From assembly GCA_964016885.1 (NCBI GenBank), contig OZ024740.1:384524001-384588000 (forward strand): 64,000 nt of DNA, given 5' to 3'. How positions within the stretch are numbered: position 1 is the stretch's first letter; the number at the start of each line of letters is the position of its first letter. Position numbers and translations under genes: made by a program. Positions 13,361-25,952 of the stretch are shown here, piece after piece. The notes under the pieces are model-generated. The model ran no database searches and had not been told where the DNA came from. It worked only from the letters and a program-made list of their open reading frames with translations. This DNA is from Eledone cirrhosa (taxonomy: Eukaryota).

Positions 13361-14155
13361 AAGAGAGAGAGGGGGAGATGTTTACCAGCAAAAATACCTA
13401 TATTCATGTATATACTGTATATATGTGTGTGTATGTATGTATATATATATATTCTTTTATATATATATTATATGTGTGTGTGTATGTGTCATAGGTATAT
13501 ATTTACATATATCTGAATGCTTATATAGTGTGTTTTAGAGTAGTTGAGAGAGGCAAGGTGAGAGAGAAAGAGAAAGATATTCAGAGATGGACGGATGTAT
13601 ATATCCGATACATGGAAATGGTGAGTTTAGAGTGAACGAAGGAAGGAGTGTTGAGTGACAAGAAGAAAAGACGAGGAAAAAAATAAACAATGTAAATGAT
13701 ATTCATGCATTCATCCATATTAAAATATTCATAGTTGTAAATAACAAGCATTATATCATATTATCAATGAAGTTGATGATATGAGTATTTTTGTCATGGC
13801 ATCATAGTTTCAAAAAAGTGAAAAATAAAAAAAATAAATAAACACATTAGACATAAATATAAATATATAGATATATATTTCGAAATTCAAAAACTCATAG
13901 CGCAGTTTTAAAGAGACAGCAATCTATCATACATGGTTTTAATAACCCGCACCAGAACTATATAACGTGATATTTAAAATTAGTTTGTATTTTTCCATCT
14001 CGAAGCAACATATATTATTAAGGATTGTTATTATTCATTTCTAAAAATGCATACTAATTGATATATCTGCTCTTTTCTTCATGAACTTATTTCTAAATAT
14101 TTTTAAATATGTGTATATATATATGTATATGTATATATGTATATGTATATGTATG

Positions 14156-14237
<82 letters not shown>

Positions 14238-14239
<2 letters not shown>

Positions 14240-14768
14240 AGTATGTACACGTACATACATATATGTATACAGACGTACAGTAGTATGTATATATATATAC
14301 ATACATGCACACATATATATATGTACGTATGGATTCATCGAACATTTATTATAATGCTCGGTGTGTTTGTAAACAAACATCCCGTATTAAGCAGTAGTGT
14401 CTAGCAACCATCGTTGCCCGTTTGTTCAACACTGACAAAGGATATGCAAATTGGGCTACTCAGCCGTTAATCTGCATAAGGTAAGTATATACGTTCAACA
14501 ATCTGGCAGGAAGGTATACGTTGGTGACGATAGCTAATAAGCGTGAAACTAGTACAGCGTTCCTTTGTCAGTGTTGAACAAGCGAGCAACGGTGGTTGCT
14601 AGACACTACGGCTTAATACGGGATGTTTGTTTACAAACACACCGAGCATTATAATAAATGTTCGGTGAATCCATACGTACATATATATATGTGTGCATGT
14701 ATGTATATATATATATACATACTACTGTACGTCTGTATACATATATGTATGTACGTGTACATACTTAT
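14238..14768. mobile_element. Family H head-to-head fold-back; plus arm has a mutated hammerhead (14518-14560)
   Basis: 14238-14442 is the reverse complement of 14561-14768. Confidence 0.85.
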
Positions 14769-14770
14769 AT

Positions 14771-14870
<100 letters not shown>

Positions 14871-14873
14871 GTA

Positions 14874-14904
<31 letters not shown>

Positions 14905-15166
14905 TGCCCGAGAAAATATCTGTGTAGATAATTTTTCAATTTCCAATTGAGTTCTTAGCACGTGGCATGAATTCCTTTCAGAATTTATTGTCATGCGCAT
15001 GTACTGTTTTTTTGCGGTAATTTACTTCCTCATTTTTTTAATCAGTTTGACCACTTCTTTAAAACTGCTGGACTGGCAACCTGACAGATACCTCAGGCAC
15101 AGAGGATGATGATTATCGCTAAATACTGATGTTGGTTAGATTATCAATATTAGTATTATTGGGGCA

Positions 15167-15293
15167 CCCACTGATGAATTATAGGAGCCCACTTGAATAT
15201 ATATCTATTGATGGTATACAAGCTCCTACATAAATTGGTATAATTTCACCCAAATTGTAGGAATCCTATAATGAAACGAGACGTCCGTCTGGG
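15167..15293 (+). ncRNA. Canonical-core type I hammerhead with long stem II insertion (family G)
   Basis: CCCA-CTGATGA-ATTATAGGA..(about 77 nt)..TCCTATAAT-GAAA-CG(AGACGTC)CG-TC-TGGG; predicted cut after C15289. Confidence 0.88.
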
Positions 15294-15468
15294 AAAAGAT
15301 ATATTAGATATGTCTCATATGAAATAATACAGCCAATTTTCCACGCAATACTTTTCGTTAGCACCCCGAACGCATAATTGGGAATATAATCACTTATTTC
15401 CTAATGTTTGTTGAGTGAGTTGGAATTTGGCCGGAGTATCGCTAAAAAGCTTTCTCTGATATTGTATT

Positions 15469-15534
<66 letters not shown>

Positions 15535-15550
15535 TAAAATAACAGATTAA

Positions 15551-15601
15551 AGTTTAAGCAAAGAATCGCTGCTTTCACCCTTGACGGGATCTTCTGAAAC
15601 T
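15551..15601 (-). ncRNA. Variant hammerhead candidate (U4A core), family C
   Basis: AGTTT-CAGAAGA-TCCC(GTCAA)GGGT-GAAA-GCA(GCGATTCTT)TGC-TT-AAACT. Confidence 0.6.
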
Positions 15602-16536
15602 AACAAAGTCAATCTGTAAACGCAGAACGGGATATTTCAAAAAACGTTGCAACCGGAGGAAGACAGGAAGACGATACTTTGGTTCGTGGAAACGTTCGCT
15701 GGCTAAGAACGGGAAAAAACGAATATAATACGTCATTAATAGGAGCGGTGAAAAACAATACGCGCAAAGACAGAACCACGTTTATAGTATAAAAGAGGTC
15801 GTAGACTAATGTTCTCTTAGCTGGTGCATAGAGACGTTCTCTGGCGATGAACGAAAAAAAACGAAGATAATACATCATATGTGGCGCGTGGAGAACAATA
15901 GCATGCAAAGACAAAACCACGTAAATGGTATAGCAGAAGTCGTAGACTAAATTCTAACTAGGAGACCGAATGAATCTCCGCTACGGAGTTAAGAACAAAG
16001 TAAATAAATACAAATCAGAAGTAATAGAAATAAATAAATACATACACGCAAACAGAAACGTACATACACAAGCATACGCAAAACTTACCATAGGTAAACA
16101 AAACCACGCACATATAAATATGTGTGTGTGTGTAAGCGTGTATACAAATAAATAAATCATTATATAAACGTATATAAATAAATAAATACGTATATAACAA
16201 GCGCACACACATACCTACATCTAAATACACGAATGTTCGGAGACGTAAGTCAACCAAAACATGAGGTACACATATACACACGCCCTACATACGTACGAAC
16301 CTGCATACTCACACAGACGCAAAACTCCCGTATACACATAGCTGAACCATTTGTACCAGAATATATTTAAAAAAAAATTATACGCCATAACAATCAAATA
16401 TACGTACGAGAAGGTATACGTACCTTCACAAAACATACGGATAATATATACTTACCTATGCAAATAAGTAAAGGTATAAACAAAACATATACTTAGCTCC
16501 CACATCGAGACGTAAAATATCCACGTATAGATCGTA

Positions 16537-17348
16537 CTATCCGTTAGGGTATAACGTGGGGCTGTAATACAGGAAAGTTTTGTGCAATTTATGTTTACAA
16601 GCCGAAATTGCCTCAGATTTTTGGTCTGTGGCGTAGAGTATTTCCAGGGCCTCAGCGGCGCAGAGGTCACATGGTCTTTTATTTCCGTTATACGATCTAG
16701 CCCTCGCTAGAATCTCCCAGTGTAACTTATATTGGGTGTGGTTGTCTTTTAGACTCCAGATATAAGCTGAAAGTGACGTAATATTCCTTCTTAGAGGGTA
16801 ACGAAACGAATGGGTATGCATGTAAAGACGCTGCTTGAATCTATTGGCGGTTAACCCTAAGTAGGCCCTACGGGACGTGGGTGTTACAACCTTACATTTG
16901 TAGACAATGTTACTAGAGAGGCATTTACCGGATAGGGGGCAATCAACCCGATTCCTACAATTACAGTTAGTACTAACTACAGGGTTTCACGTGTTCCTAC
17001 GGCTAGGTAGTTTAGCTAATTACGGCTAGGTAGTTTAGCTGTGATGTTATGTGCAAGGTTAGGAGTCGTAGAGTAAGAAATTTTAATAGTATTTCTATTA
17101 AAAATTTTACTATATTTATGTGTAGGGGGAAAATGCTTCCTAATAAGGGAAAGAAAGATCTTAGCTAATGGTGTGGCCACCTCCATATTATATGGTGGGT
17201 TATACCAACAAATGCGACGGGGTCTATTTCTTCTAGGTCTATTTTCGTACTCTGTATATGCTACCTTATCGACAAATCTACTTCGAGCAAGAGCTTCATT
17301 GTAATAAGTGGAATGGTCGTTGAAAATACGCTCGTTGGTGGAAAGACG
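16537..17348 (-). pseudogene. PLE RT thumb plus GIY-YIG (disrupted)
   Basis: HSFRYP..TSLSAYIWSLKD..YKLHWEIL..CDLCAAEALEIL..ACKH. Confidence 0.9.
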
Positions 17349-17390
17349 GGAGCCCTCTTTGGATTTTAGTCTTCAAATTTATTATTATTA

Positions 17391-17443
<53 letters not shown>

Positions 17444-17639
17444 TACGTGCTTGAATATTTGGTGGGGTGCATGTATATATGTATGTACGTATGCAGGTGT
17501 GAATATATATTTGTATGTATGTATGTAAGTATTCATGTTGTATGTTCTTCTCGTTATTATTTCATAAATTTTCACCAATACAGAGCCGATTTCTAACATA
17601 AACACAAGATTCCTTCATTGGAATTCAGACAACAGCAAC

Positions 17640-18420
17640 TAGGTATGTCTGTATGCCGTTGTCTTTATGGTGTTAGGCGTTGGGTTCCCTCTTTATATTC
17701 AAGGTAGACGCTGTCTATGTCACTGTTGATGTGGTATTTCCGTGTGTTGGCTAGGATTTGTCGGGTTTTAACATCGCGCGTCCAGCCAAAAGTTGTTGTC
17801 AAGGCAGGCACAGCATACGAATTTTTGGCCACTGTTTTACTGTACACAGAGAGTTCAGAAGGCCATTTCTTTTTTATTCGGGTGTTATATTCCCTTGTTA
17901 CACATTCCCTATTGCAAATACCATTATAGGATATATTTTCATCTATCCCTGTGTATCTGTTCTAGGTCTCATCTGATACAGCTGAAACAGTTAGGCCATT
18001 GATAGAAATGCTACTCGATTGAATTGCAGATTTTCCCCGTTTTACAATCATATAAGAACTTTTTTCCTAACCAAACCCCATTCCTATATCCTTTAAGAAG
18101 TTCGTGACCAAGTCAATATTTCTCTTTATACCATTTCTGTTCTAAGTATAGAGTTTGAGTTTATCTACAAAGAAGGTATGTGTTAAGTTTGTGTTCCTAT
18201 CCTCCCGTGAACCATTATGTATCCTTCTTATTTATTAAGCATAAAGGAGGAGGGGCTTAATGGCAATATAAATAGTAACAGAGGGAGTGCATGTGTCTTC
18301 TTGGAATATATCCCTAGCCCTGCGATATTCTAATACAGTCCTCTTCTGTTTTTAACTTTCGCATAGTAGCCCAAGATGAAGATAGGTTCGTTATTTACGG
18401 CTCTGATTATGGTGCATCGG
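17640..18420 (-). pseudogene. Degenerate R4/Dong-type LINE RT fragment
   Basis: NSYAVPALTTTFG, DVKTRQIL..YHINSDIDSVY parallel the motifs at 54620-55000; GIFQ-like and HTFFVDKLKLY remnants. Confidence 0.7.
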
Positions 18421-18613
18421 ATATACCAAGTCGGAGTGCCTCTATAATCCCAAAGTCGGTAACAGATATGTATTTATATATGTGTGTATATAATTAAAGT
18501 CTCACATTTTGCATATGACATTTCTTGCTAAGTGGATATATATATATATATAAGATATTGATTTGACAATGACAATAATAACAAAGGCAAGTTATTTTAC
18601 ATATTTCTTTCAC

Positions 18614-18732
18614 TGTTTTACGATCGTTTCAGAGGGTTGATCATATTGATATATTGACTGATTTATAGCACTGATTTATAGTACTATCAGACATAATATA
18701 TGCGTTCGATCATGCCGTCTTCTTCGAAAACA
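18614..18732 (-). ncRNA. Degenerate hammerhead with long stem II
   Basis: TGTTT-TCGAAGA-AGACGG..CCCTCT-GAAA-CGATCG-TA-AAACA; core altered at positions 3-4. Confidence 0.5.
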
Positions 18733-18911
18733 ATATATCAGACGCTGTATCTGAAGGATTGACTTAGCGAAACACGGGACCAATCTCTGGATCTCACTGA
18801 ACTACTTGCTAACGGATTACATTAAGTTCTAACTTCGGTTTAGAAGCTACCAAGAAAGGTAGAACACATTGTACATATCTATATATATATAGATATGTAT
18901 AATGAAAGAAA

Positions 18912-19071
18912 AATATCCAGAAACATTAGTGTTTGCAGTTCTGTTTACATGCCAACACAAGTGCAAGAATGGGGGGGCTCATTCTACAGACATGGCTTTA
19001 AAAATGAGGCGTGTTTACATAATTGCAAACGAATCGAATGTTATTATTAATATTCGAAAAACTCAGATTAC

Positions 19072-19075
<4 letters not shown>
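18912..19075 (+). mobile_element. Family I pLTR-like fragment starting inside its hammerhead
   Basis: Reverse complement of about 41917-42080. Confidence 0.7.
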
Positions 19076-19102
<27 letters not shown>

Positions 19103-19335
19103 CTGAGATGGCTCGTACAGCTAGTGTAATTTTACTATTCCCTTATGCCCCACCCCTTATAGGTTCCGCAACAGTCACCTAGATCATTATCGATGCCTGA
19201 CTTAAGGATCAACAGAGGTCTTCAATTGAAGATCTCTACTCGAATAGATAAGCTCTTTTAAAATTATTGTGCCTACTCTTATGTACATAAATGTTTCTAA
19301 TAGCGATATATTCCCCACCAAATATATATATATAT

Positions 19336-19835
19336 ATGAAGGAGGTAATCTACTGGGAGAGGCTAAAAGAACTAAACATCTAATCCTTGGAACGAGGACG
19401 GGAGAGATACGCAGTGATATACACGTGGAAAATCTGGAGGAACTAGCACGAAACTTTGACATTGGGAGCTGGACCAACCCCTAAAGAGGACGTCACTGTG
19501 TGGTGCCAAAGGTCCCATCTTCCACATCTACGATAAGGAGCAAATTTTGCAATAGCCAGGGGTTCAAGGGCCCTCAACTCTTCTACAATCGGCCGAGGGA
19601 TCTGCGAGATATGCATGGTGTGGACGTGGATGTTTTCAAGAAACATCTCCATACCTTGCTCTCCAGGATCTCGGATGAGCCCACAGCAAGGAACGCGGGA
19701 AACCTAAGAGAAGTAGCAACGAACTCCCTCTTGCACCAGTGGCCAACTAATACAGGCTGGAGATAAAATGTGTAGCAACAAGGGCGGTGCCCCAGCATGG
19801 CCTCACCCGGGTGGCTGGAACAGGCAAAAGAGTAA
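19336..19835 (+). mobile_element. 3' end of a CR1/L2-group LINE
   Basis: RLKELNI.SLERRRERYAVIYTWKI, KGPQLF..PRDLR..DVFKKHL..IS DEP C-terminal pattern. Confidence 0.7.
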
Positions 19836-19849
19836 AAGAGTAATATATA

Positions 19850-20431
19850 TATATAGTTAAAGAATGAAGAGTAACATGGTTGGCTGTACAATAAGGTCTT
19901 TAATTAAAGTACTGACAATTGTTCGTCGATTAGGTGAGTCTAGAGTTCGCCAATCGCTTGAGGTTGCGTCATTCGATCTCCAATACATTATTTACCTCTG
20001 ATCAACACATCAGAGTACGTAGATATGAAAGTGATTCACTCGAGGCAAGTCTTCTATAGAAAAATATAATGTATAATCAAAACAATAACATCAATAATAA
20101 AACATATATGGTAAATGTGTTGACCAGAGGTAAATAATGTATTGGTGATAGAATGACACAACCTCAAGCGATTAGCGAACTCTAAACTCACCTGATCAAC
20201 GAAACAATTGTCAGTAGTTTAAATAAAGCCCTTATTGTACAGCCAACCATGTTGCTCTTCATTCTTTAACTATTATTACTCCAAGTATAACCGGCATAGA
20301 AATTACCGCGAACTCGCTGCATAACTATGAAAACATCTTGTTGAGTCAAACAAGGCCGTACGTTAAAACTATGCACGACGCAGAGTACTCATAACCTCAA
20401 ACTGGATTACCTATAACGATAACTTGTTATC

Positions 20432-20434
<3 letters not shown>
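19850..20434. mobile_element. Head-to-head fold-back of pLTR-like family F
   Basis: 19853-20010 is the reverse complement of 20115-20273; both ends in TA runs. Confidence 0.85.
19909..20018 (-). ncRNA. Hammerhead with long stem II and A9U core change, family F
   Basis: GTACT-CTGATGT-GTTGATCAG..CTAATCGAC-GAA-CAATTG-TC-AGTAC; sister arm supplies CTGATCAAC-GAAA-CAATTG-TC. Confidence 0.7.
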
Positions 20435-20468
<34 letters not shown>

Positions 20469-20478
20469 AAAAAGTATG

Positions 20479-20575
20479 ACCCGGACGGCAGCGCTCAAGC
20501 CGTTTCGACGGCTATTTCTGGACTAATTTAGAATTTTTAGCCTGGTGAATTAATAGCCGAACTTGTCAACGGGGT
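20479..20575 (-). ncRNA. U3-A8 variant hammerhead, family D copy 1
   Basis: CCCG-TTGACAA-GTTCGGCTATT..AATAGCCGTC-GAAA-CGGC..GCCG-TC-CGGG. Confidence 0.78.
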
Positions 20576-21097
20576 ACTTCCTTATATGGGAAGATTGTAG
20601 TTGTGAAGAGGATTGGTTAAAATGTGTTGTAAACACAAATAAGTATATCATGGCATTTGGTGGGAGGTAGGGGTGGCTGAACTTGCCTGTAGAACAATAG
20701 GGGTGTGAGTGGAGCGGGCAAGCGTTGAAAGTGATATGTATACAGCAGGTTCTAAGGATAGTGTATGAATTGGATGAGGGAGATTATAGAATAGGTAAAT
20801 CGAATGAGAGTAGGAGACAATAAAAGATAATAGAAAAAAAATTAAAAAATATATAGTGAGAAATGAATAAGAAAAAAACAATGCTATCATACAATTACAG
20901 GTAAATAAGTTGAGAATAGAAAAAACTTGTAGAAATTGACTAGTACCAGAACTGATACAGAATTAAAGGGGTTTCACACGTATGCTATAAGAAGTTAGTA
21001 AAACGTATTCGACCAATTATATCTTAAAATTACGGGGGTGGGAGAACTTATGCTACAGAGGCCCGATGGGCTGCATCGGGTAGGCGAAAGAGGAAAA

Positions 21098-23387
21098 TCA
21101 GACGAGGAAGAAAATAGAGGGTGGAAGGAAGTGATAGGAAGAGACACGGGGAAGAACAAAACAAAGAGGAAAAAGAAAAGAGATACATCTACCTAAGTAA
21201 GCTGGGGTTTGCCCTAACTTATTTGCCAAGTGAGGGCGGGGATCAGCCCTTGTCCAACCACCCGGGTTGTAATGGGGTTTGAAGGCGAGGTAAGTCCTAC
21301 GCAATCTGTGTTTGCATGCGGTTACCAGTTCGTCTTTCTTGTTTAGGAGTTGGTCCTTCGAAAACAGCATTTGTAATGTTTCCTCCGAGCACAAGTTACA
21401 CGGGCGGCGTCCTCCCGTGTATGAGTTAGCTCTGGAAAGTAAGCTCCAAGTGAGATTGTAGGTTATATTATTATCTTGGAGGTCCCAGATGTGGTCCGAA
21501 AGTGTAGTGGAATGTCGCCGGACCGGGTTTCGGAAAGTATGTCGGTGTTGGTAGAGCCGGGCTTGAAGTCACACGCGGTTAATCCTATATAAGCTTTGTT
21601 AGGGATGTCCGTCCTCACGTTGCACTGGTAGATCACGTTACGTTCTCAGCATTTTGTGTTGAGGAGGCACGTAGATCAATCAGGGCAGTTACACCTCATG
21701 GTCGGCTCTCCACTGATGTCTAGGTTATTTCTTCCATAGTGGTTGAGTTTTTGTTGTTTGAGGAGACGAGGTTCTGTGCGAAGTTAGTTGTGGTGCTGTA
21801 GGAGAGTTTGATGGTGTTTTTGTTGATTATGTTGTGGTAGCGGTGTTGTAGTGGGAAGTGTTTTTCGAGGAGTCTAAAGTAGATTTTCCCGATAGGTGTT
21901 GCCACCTCGGGATTATGGGGAGGATTGAACCACGCTACAGTGCGTGAGCGGCGGTATCGCCTGTTAGTACCGCTAAGGGAAGCTGGATAAATGGATATTT
22001 CCTCCCGGAAGCTACTCCGCTTGAGGGCCTGGTTGTAATGAGGCGCGTGTTCGTCGAAAATCTGCTCATTAGCGGACAAACAAGATATGCGGAGGGAGAT
22101 GTTTTTAACCAGGTTATTGGTGATGTTTCTAGGATGGTTAGAGCGTCGGTGGATGTAGTGCAGGTTGTCGTTTGGTTTCCTGTATGGGTAGTACAGATCA
22201 TTTCCGAGGATAAGGGTAATGTCCAGGAAATTGACTCGGGTTAGGGACGTTTGTAGGGTGATTTTAAATCCCCAGTCCCGGAAGAAGTTGATTAGTTGTT
22301 TACGGACCCGGTATGTACTACTGGGGTTGTACCCTTTGAGGGTGATGAGCCCATCATCCCGGTACAATCCACCGCCGGATGCAGGAAACATGTCTGTGAG
22401 TTTAAATCGTAGGAATAATCCTATAAGATATGTGACCTAGGCCGAATCCGTCGCGCCCATACTGACGTCGAAGGGGGAATCGGGAGATCTCTTTATCCAC
22501 TTGGAGTTGTCGAAAAGTAGGACTGTCTTCCTGGCGTGGAGAATGATATTTCTTTCCTGGTCAGTGATGGGTGTGAGTGTTTCGGCAGAGTCCAAGACGG
22601 CCATAAGGAGCATAGTAACTCTCTATGTCAAACTGGATGAATTTTGTGTCTCGTTTGTCCCCCATATTCTTGAACCATGAAATTACTTGCTGGGTGCTGA
22701 CCCATAGGCTAAGTCTCACGTTTTGCTAAACTTTTGGTATAACTCGGTCTAGGATCTTTTTATTGATTCTCCCTATGTCCGACTTCGTTGGGTTTATAAA
22801 CCTAATGGATGGTTTGCGGTCGAAGTCGGATTTGTGGTCCTTCAGTTTGAAGTAGGGAGTCCGTGGGTCTAGGGGTCAGTGAGGTCGGCGAACCCGAGGC
22901 TGGAGGTAATTTGGTGTCCATCTCGATTTATGTCCTCGATAATTGAATGGTTAGCCTTTTTATAGGTGGAGTTTAGGCTGCTCCTGATCAGTGGGTGGTA
23001 TCTGTCGGGGTTGACGAAGTAGAGGTTTCCAGTTTTGACCGAGTGCACCATGATATCGTTGATGTTTTCATACTGTGTTATTTTTCTACGGAGTTGTTGT
23101 AGGAATCTGTTGTGTCTGCGTTTGAATTTAATGCTCTTGACCAGGTGGAAAAGGTCGTTCTCGAAGGGTGAGAGCATAGGGTTCGGAGGGGGAGATTTGT
23201 AGGTATTGAATCCGAATCTCTCCTTGGTGTGGAAGTCCTGATTGTCACGGTATCTACCGTAGAAAAAAGTTCTCTATCTTAGTCTTTTCGCAAAAAGGTC
23301 GATTTTTTGCGTCAGCATCCGAAGGTAAAGTTTTCTCGGTGGAACTGGGATGTTCTTGGTGGAGATATCGATGTTGTGTTTTCGCAT
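21098..23387 (-). pseudogene. Full-length but disrupted PLE polyprotein (RT plus GIY-YIG)
   Basis: MRKHNIDISTKNIP, KTGNLY, RFINPTKSDIG, FDVSMG, GLYRDDGL, NFLDIT, SNHP, WFNPP, YIGLT; several stops and frameshifts; 3' limit approximate. Confidence 0.93.
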
Positions 23388-23570
23388 CGTGCGGGTGAAG
23401 AAACTTGAGCTGGGTGGAAAAGTCGGGATATGGCGTGGTACAGTTGGAAAGTGTTCTACTAAAGAGATAGGAGCTAAATAACAAAGAATTGTGGTAAGGA
23501 ACCAGATGGACAATAACGCACTAGAGTACTCAATACTTAGGTCAGTAGAGTGGGAAATAGGAAAAAGTAT

Positions 23571-23669
23571 GTCCCCGACGGCAGAGCTCAAGCCGTTTCG
23601 ACGGCTATTTCTGGACTAAATTAGAATTTGTAGCCTGGTGAATAGATAGCCGAACTTGTCAACGGGGTA
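23571..23669 (-). ncRNA. U3-A8 variant hammerhead, family D copy 2
   Basis: Same architecture, about 185 nt upstream of the ORF ATG. Confidence 0.75.
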
Positions 23670-25170
23670 CTTCCTTATATGGGAAGATTGTAGTTGTCAA
23701 GAGGATTGGTTAAAATTTGTTGTAAACACAAATAAGTATATCATGGCATTTGGTGGGGGGGGGGGGTTGAACTTGCCTGTAGAACAATAGGGGTGTGAGT
23801 GGAGCGGACAAGCGTTGGAAGTGATATGCATACAGCAGATTCTAAGGATAGTGTATGAATTGGAGAAGGGAGGTTATAGAATAGGTAAATCGAATGAGAG
23901 TAGGAGACAATAAAAGTTAATAGAAAAAAAAATTAAAAAATATATAGTGAGAAATGAATAAAAAAAAATGACAATGCTATCAGGTTAATAGGTTGAGAAT
24001 AGAAAAAACTTGTAGAAATTGAGTAGTACGAGAACTGATACAAAATTAAAGGGGTTTAACACGTATGCTATAAGTAGTTAGTAAAACCTATTCGGCCAGT
24101 TCTATCTTAGAATTACGGGGGTGTGGGAACTGCTGGTACAGAGGCCCGATGGGCTGCATCGGGGTAGGCGAAAAGGGAAAAGCAGACGAGGAAGAAAATA
24201 GGGGGTGGAAGGAAGTGATAGAAAGAGACAGAGGGAAGAAGAAGACAAAGAAGAAAAGAAAAGAAATGAGATACACCTACCTAAGTAAGCTGGGGTTTCC
24301 CCTAACTTATTTGGTAAGTGTGTGTGTGTGTGGGGGGGGGGGGGTTATCAGCCCTTGTCTACCCGCCCGGGTCGTTATGTGGTATGAGGGCGAGGTAAGT
24401 CCTACGCAATTTTTGTTTGTATGCGGTTACCAGTTCGTCTTTCTTGTTTAGGAGTTGGTCCTTCAAAAAACGCATTTGAAAGTTTCCTCCGAGCATATGT
24501 TACACGGACGGCGTCCTCCCGTGTAAGAGTTAGCTCTGGACAGAAAGCTCCAAGTGAGATTATAGATTAAATTATTAACTTGGAGGTCCCAGATCTGGCC
24601 CGAAAGTGTAGTGGCATGTCGCCGGACCGGGTTTCGGAAAGTGTGTCGGTGTCGGTAGAGGCGGGTCTTGAAGTCACACGCGGTTAATCCTATATTAAGC
24701 TTCGTTGGAGGTGTCCATCCTCACGTTGCACTGGTAGATCACGGCACGTTCTCGGCATTTTTTGTTGAGGGGGCACGTAGATCTATCAGGGAAATTACAC
24801 CTCCTGGTCGGCTCTCCACTGATGAATAGGTTATTTCTGCCATAGGGGTTGAGTTTTTTGTTATTTGAGGAGACGAAATTTTGTGCGAAGTTAGGTGTGG
24901 TGCTGTATTATTTGTTTCTATTATCTTTTATTGTCTCCTACTCTATTTATAACTATTCTATAACCTCCCTCGTCCAATTCATACACTATCCTTAGAATCT
25001 GCTTAACAATATCACTTTCAACGCTTGACCGCTCCACTCACACCCCTATTGTTCTACAGGCAAGTTCAGCTAACCCTACCTCCCACCAAATGCCATGATA
25101 TACTTATTTGTGTTTACAACAAATTTTAACCAATCCTCTTGACAACTACATTCTTCCCATATAAAGAAGT

Positions 25171-25268
25171 ACCCCCTTGACAAATTCGGCTCTTTATTCA
25201 CCAAGCTAAAAATTCTAATTTAGTCCAGAAATAGCCGTCGAAACGGCTTGAGCTCTGTCGTCGGGGGT
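25171..25268 (+). ncRNA. U3-A8 variant hammerhead, family D copy 3
   Basis: ACCCCC-TTGACAA-..CGGCT..AGCCG..-GAAA-CGGC(TTGAGCTCT)GTCG-TC-GGGGGT. Confidence 0.78.
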
Positions 25269-25380
25269 CATACTTTTCATATTTCCCACTCTATTACCCT
25301 AAGTATTGAATACTCTGGTGCGTTATGGTCCATCTGGTTCCTTAACACAATTCATATGTTATATATATATATATATATAT

Positions 25381-25615
25381 AGTTAAAAGAATAGAGGTGT
25401 AACACACAAGTTATTATATATTGGTAAACGGAATAGAAAATGCTGACAAATTGTTCACAGTTGAAAAATGGTTTAATTAGGAATAAAAGAGTATTAGTGA
25501 TTGTATGGGTTAGTATTCAGTTGTGGTTTTAAGTTTTTAAGTTTTACCGGTTGCGCATTTCTAAATGCTTTTCAAAAATAATTTTGAGATAGAGTGTCCG
25601 TGTTGTTTGCTCTGA

Positions 25616-25618
<3 letters not shown>
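25381..25618 (-). mobile_element. Family B pLTR fragment (variant hammerhead about 25541-25579)
   Basis: Nearly identical to 3098-3294 with about 40 extra 3' bases. Confidence 0.85.
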
Positions 25619-25697
<79 letters not shown>

Positions 25698-25892
25698 GGG
25701 GTGACGTGCATTTGTGTGAGTGAGTGTGTTTGAAAGTTTCAAGAATACTCTATGTATGTGCATGTGTGGCTTGATATATACTTCATATATTTCACTGCAG
25801 GACTTCAAATTCATAAACTGTAATAATATCTATATTACATTTACCTTAAATGTAAAACAGTTTTCACATAAATATTCATTATATATTTTCTT

Positions 25893-25947
<55 letters not shown>

Positions 25948-25952
<5 letters not shown>

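Larger units (their letters stand above)
15528..17390 (-). mobile_element. 5'-truncated Penelope-like element (family C) with short inverted pLTR tip at 17350-17390
   Basis: WYNPP, KISYSTTPNL, CNC..CPL.G.CL..NIVYKC, AYLGLT..FKQR..H motifs; 3' end in (TA)n. Confidence 0.9.
20467..25360 (-). mobile_element. Near-complete Penelope-like element (family D, YRDD type): full unit, upstream partial tandem copy (about 23480-24905) and inverted pLTR arm (24906-25360)
   Basis: 20467-21800 repeats at 23559-24905; 24906-25360 is the reverse complement of the pLTR; (TA)n flanks. Confidence 0.95.
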
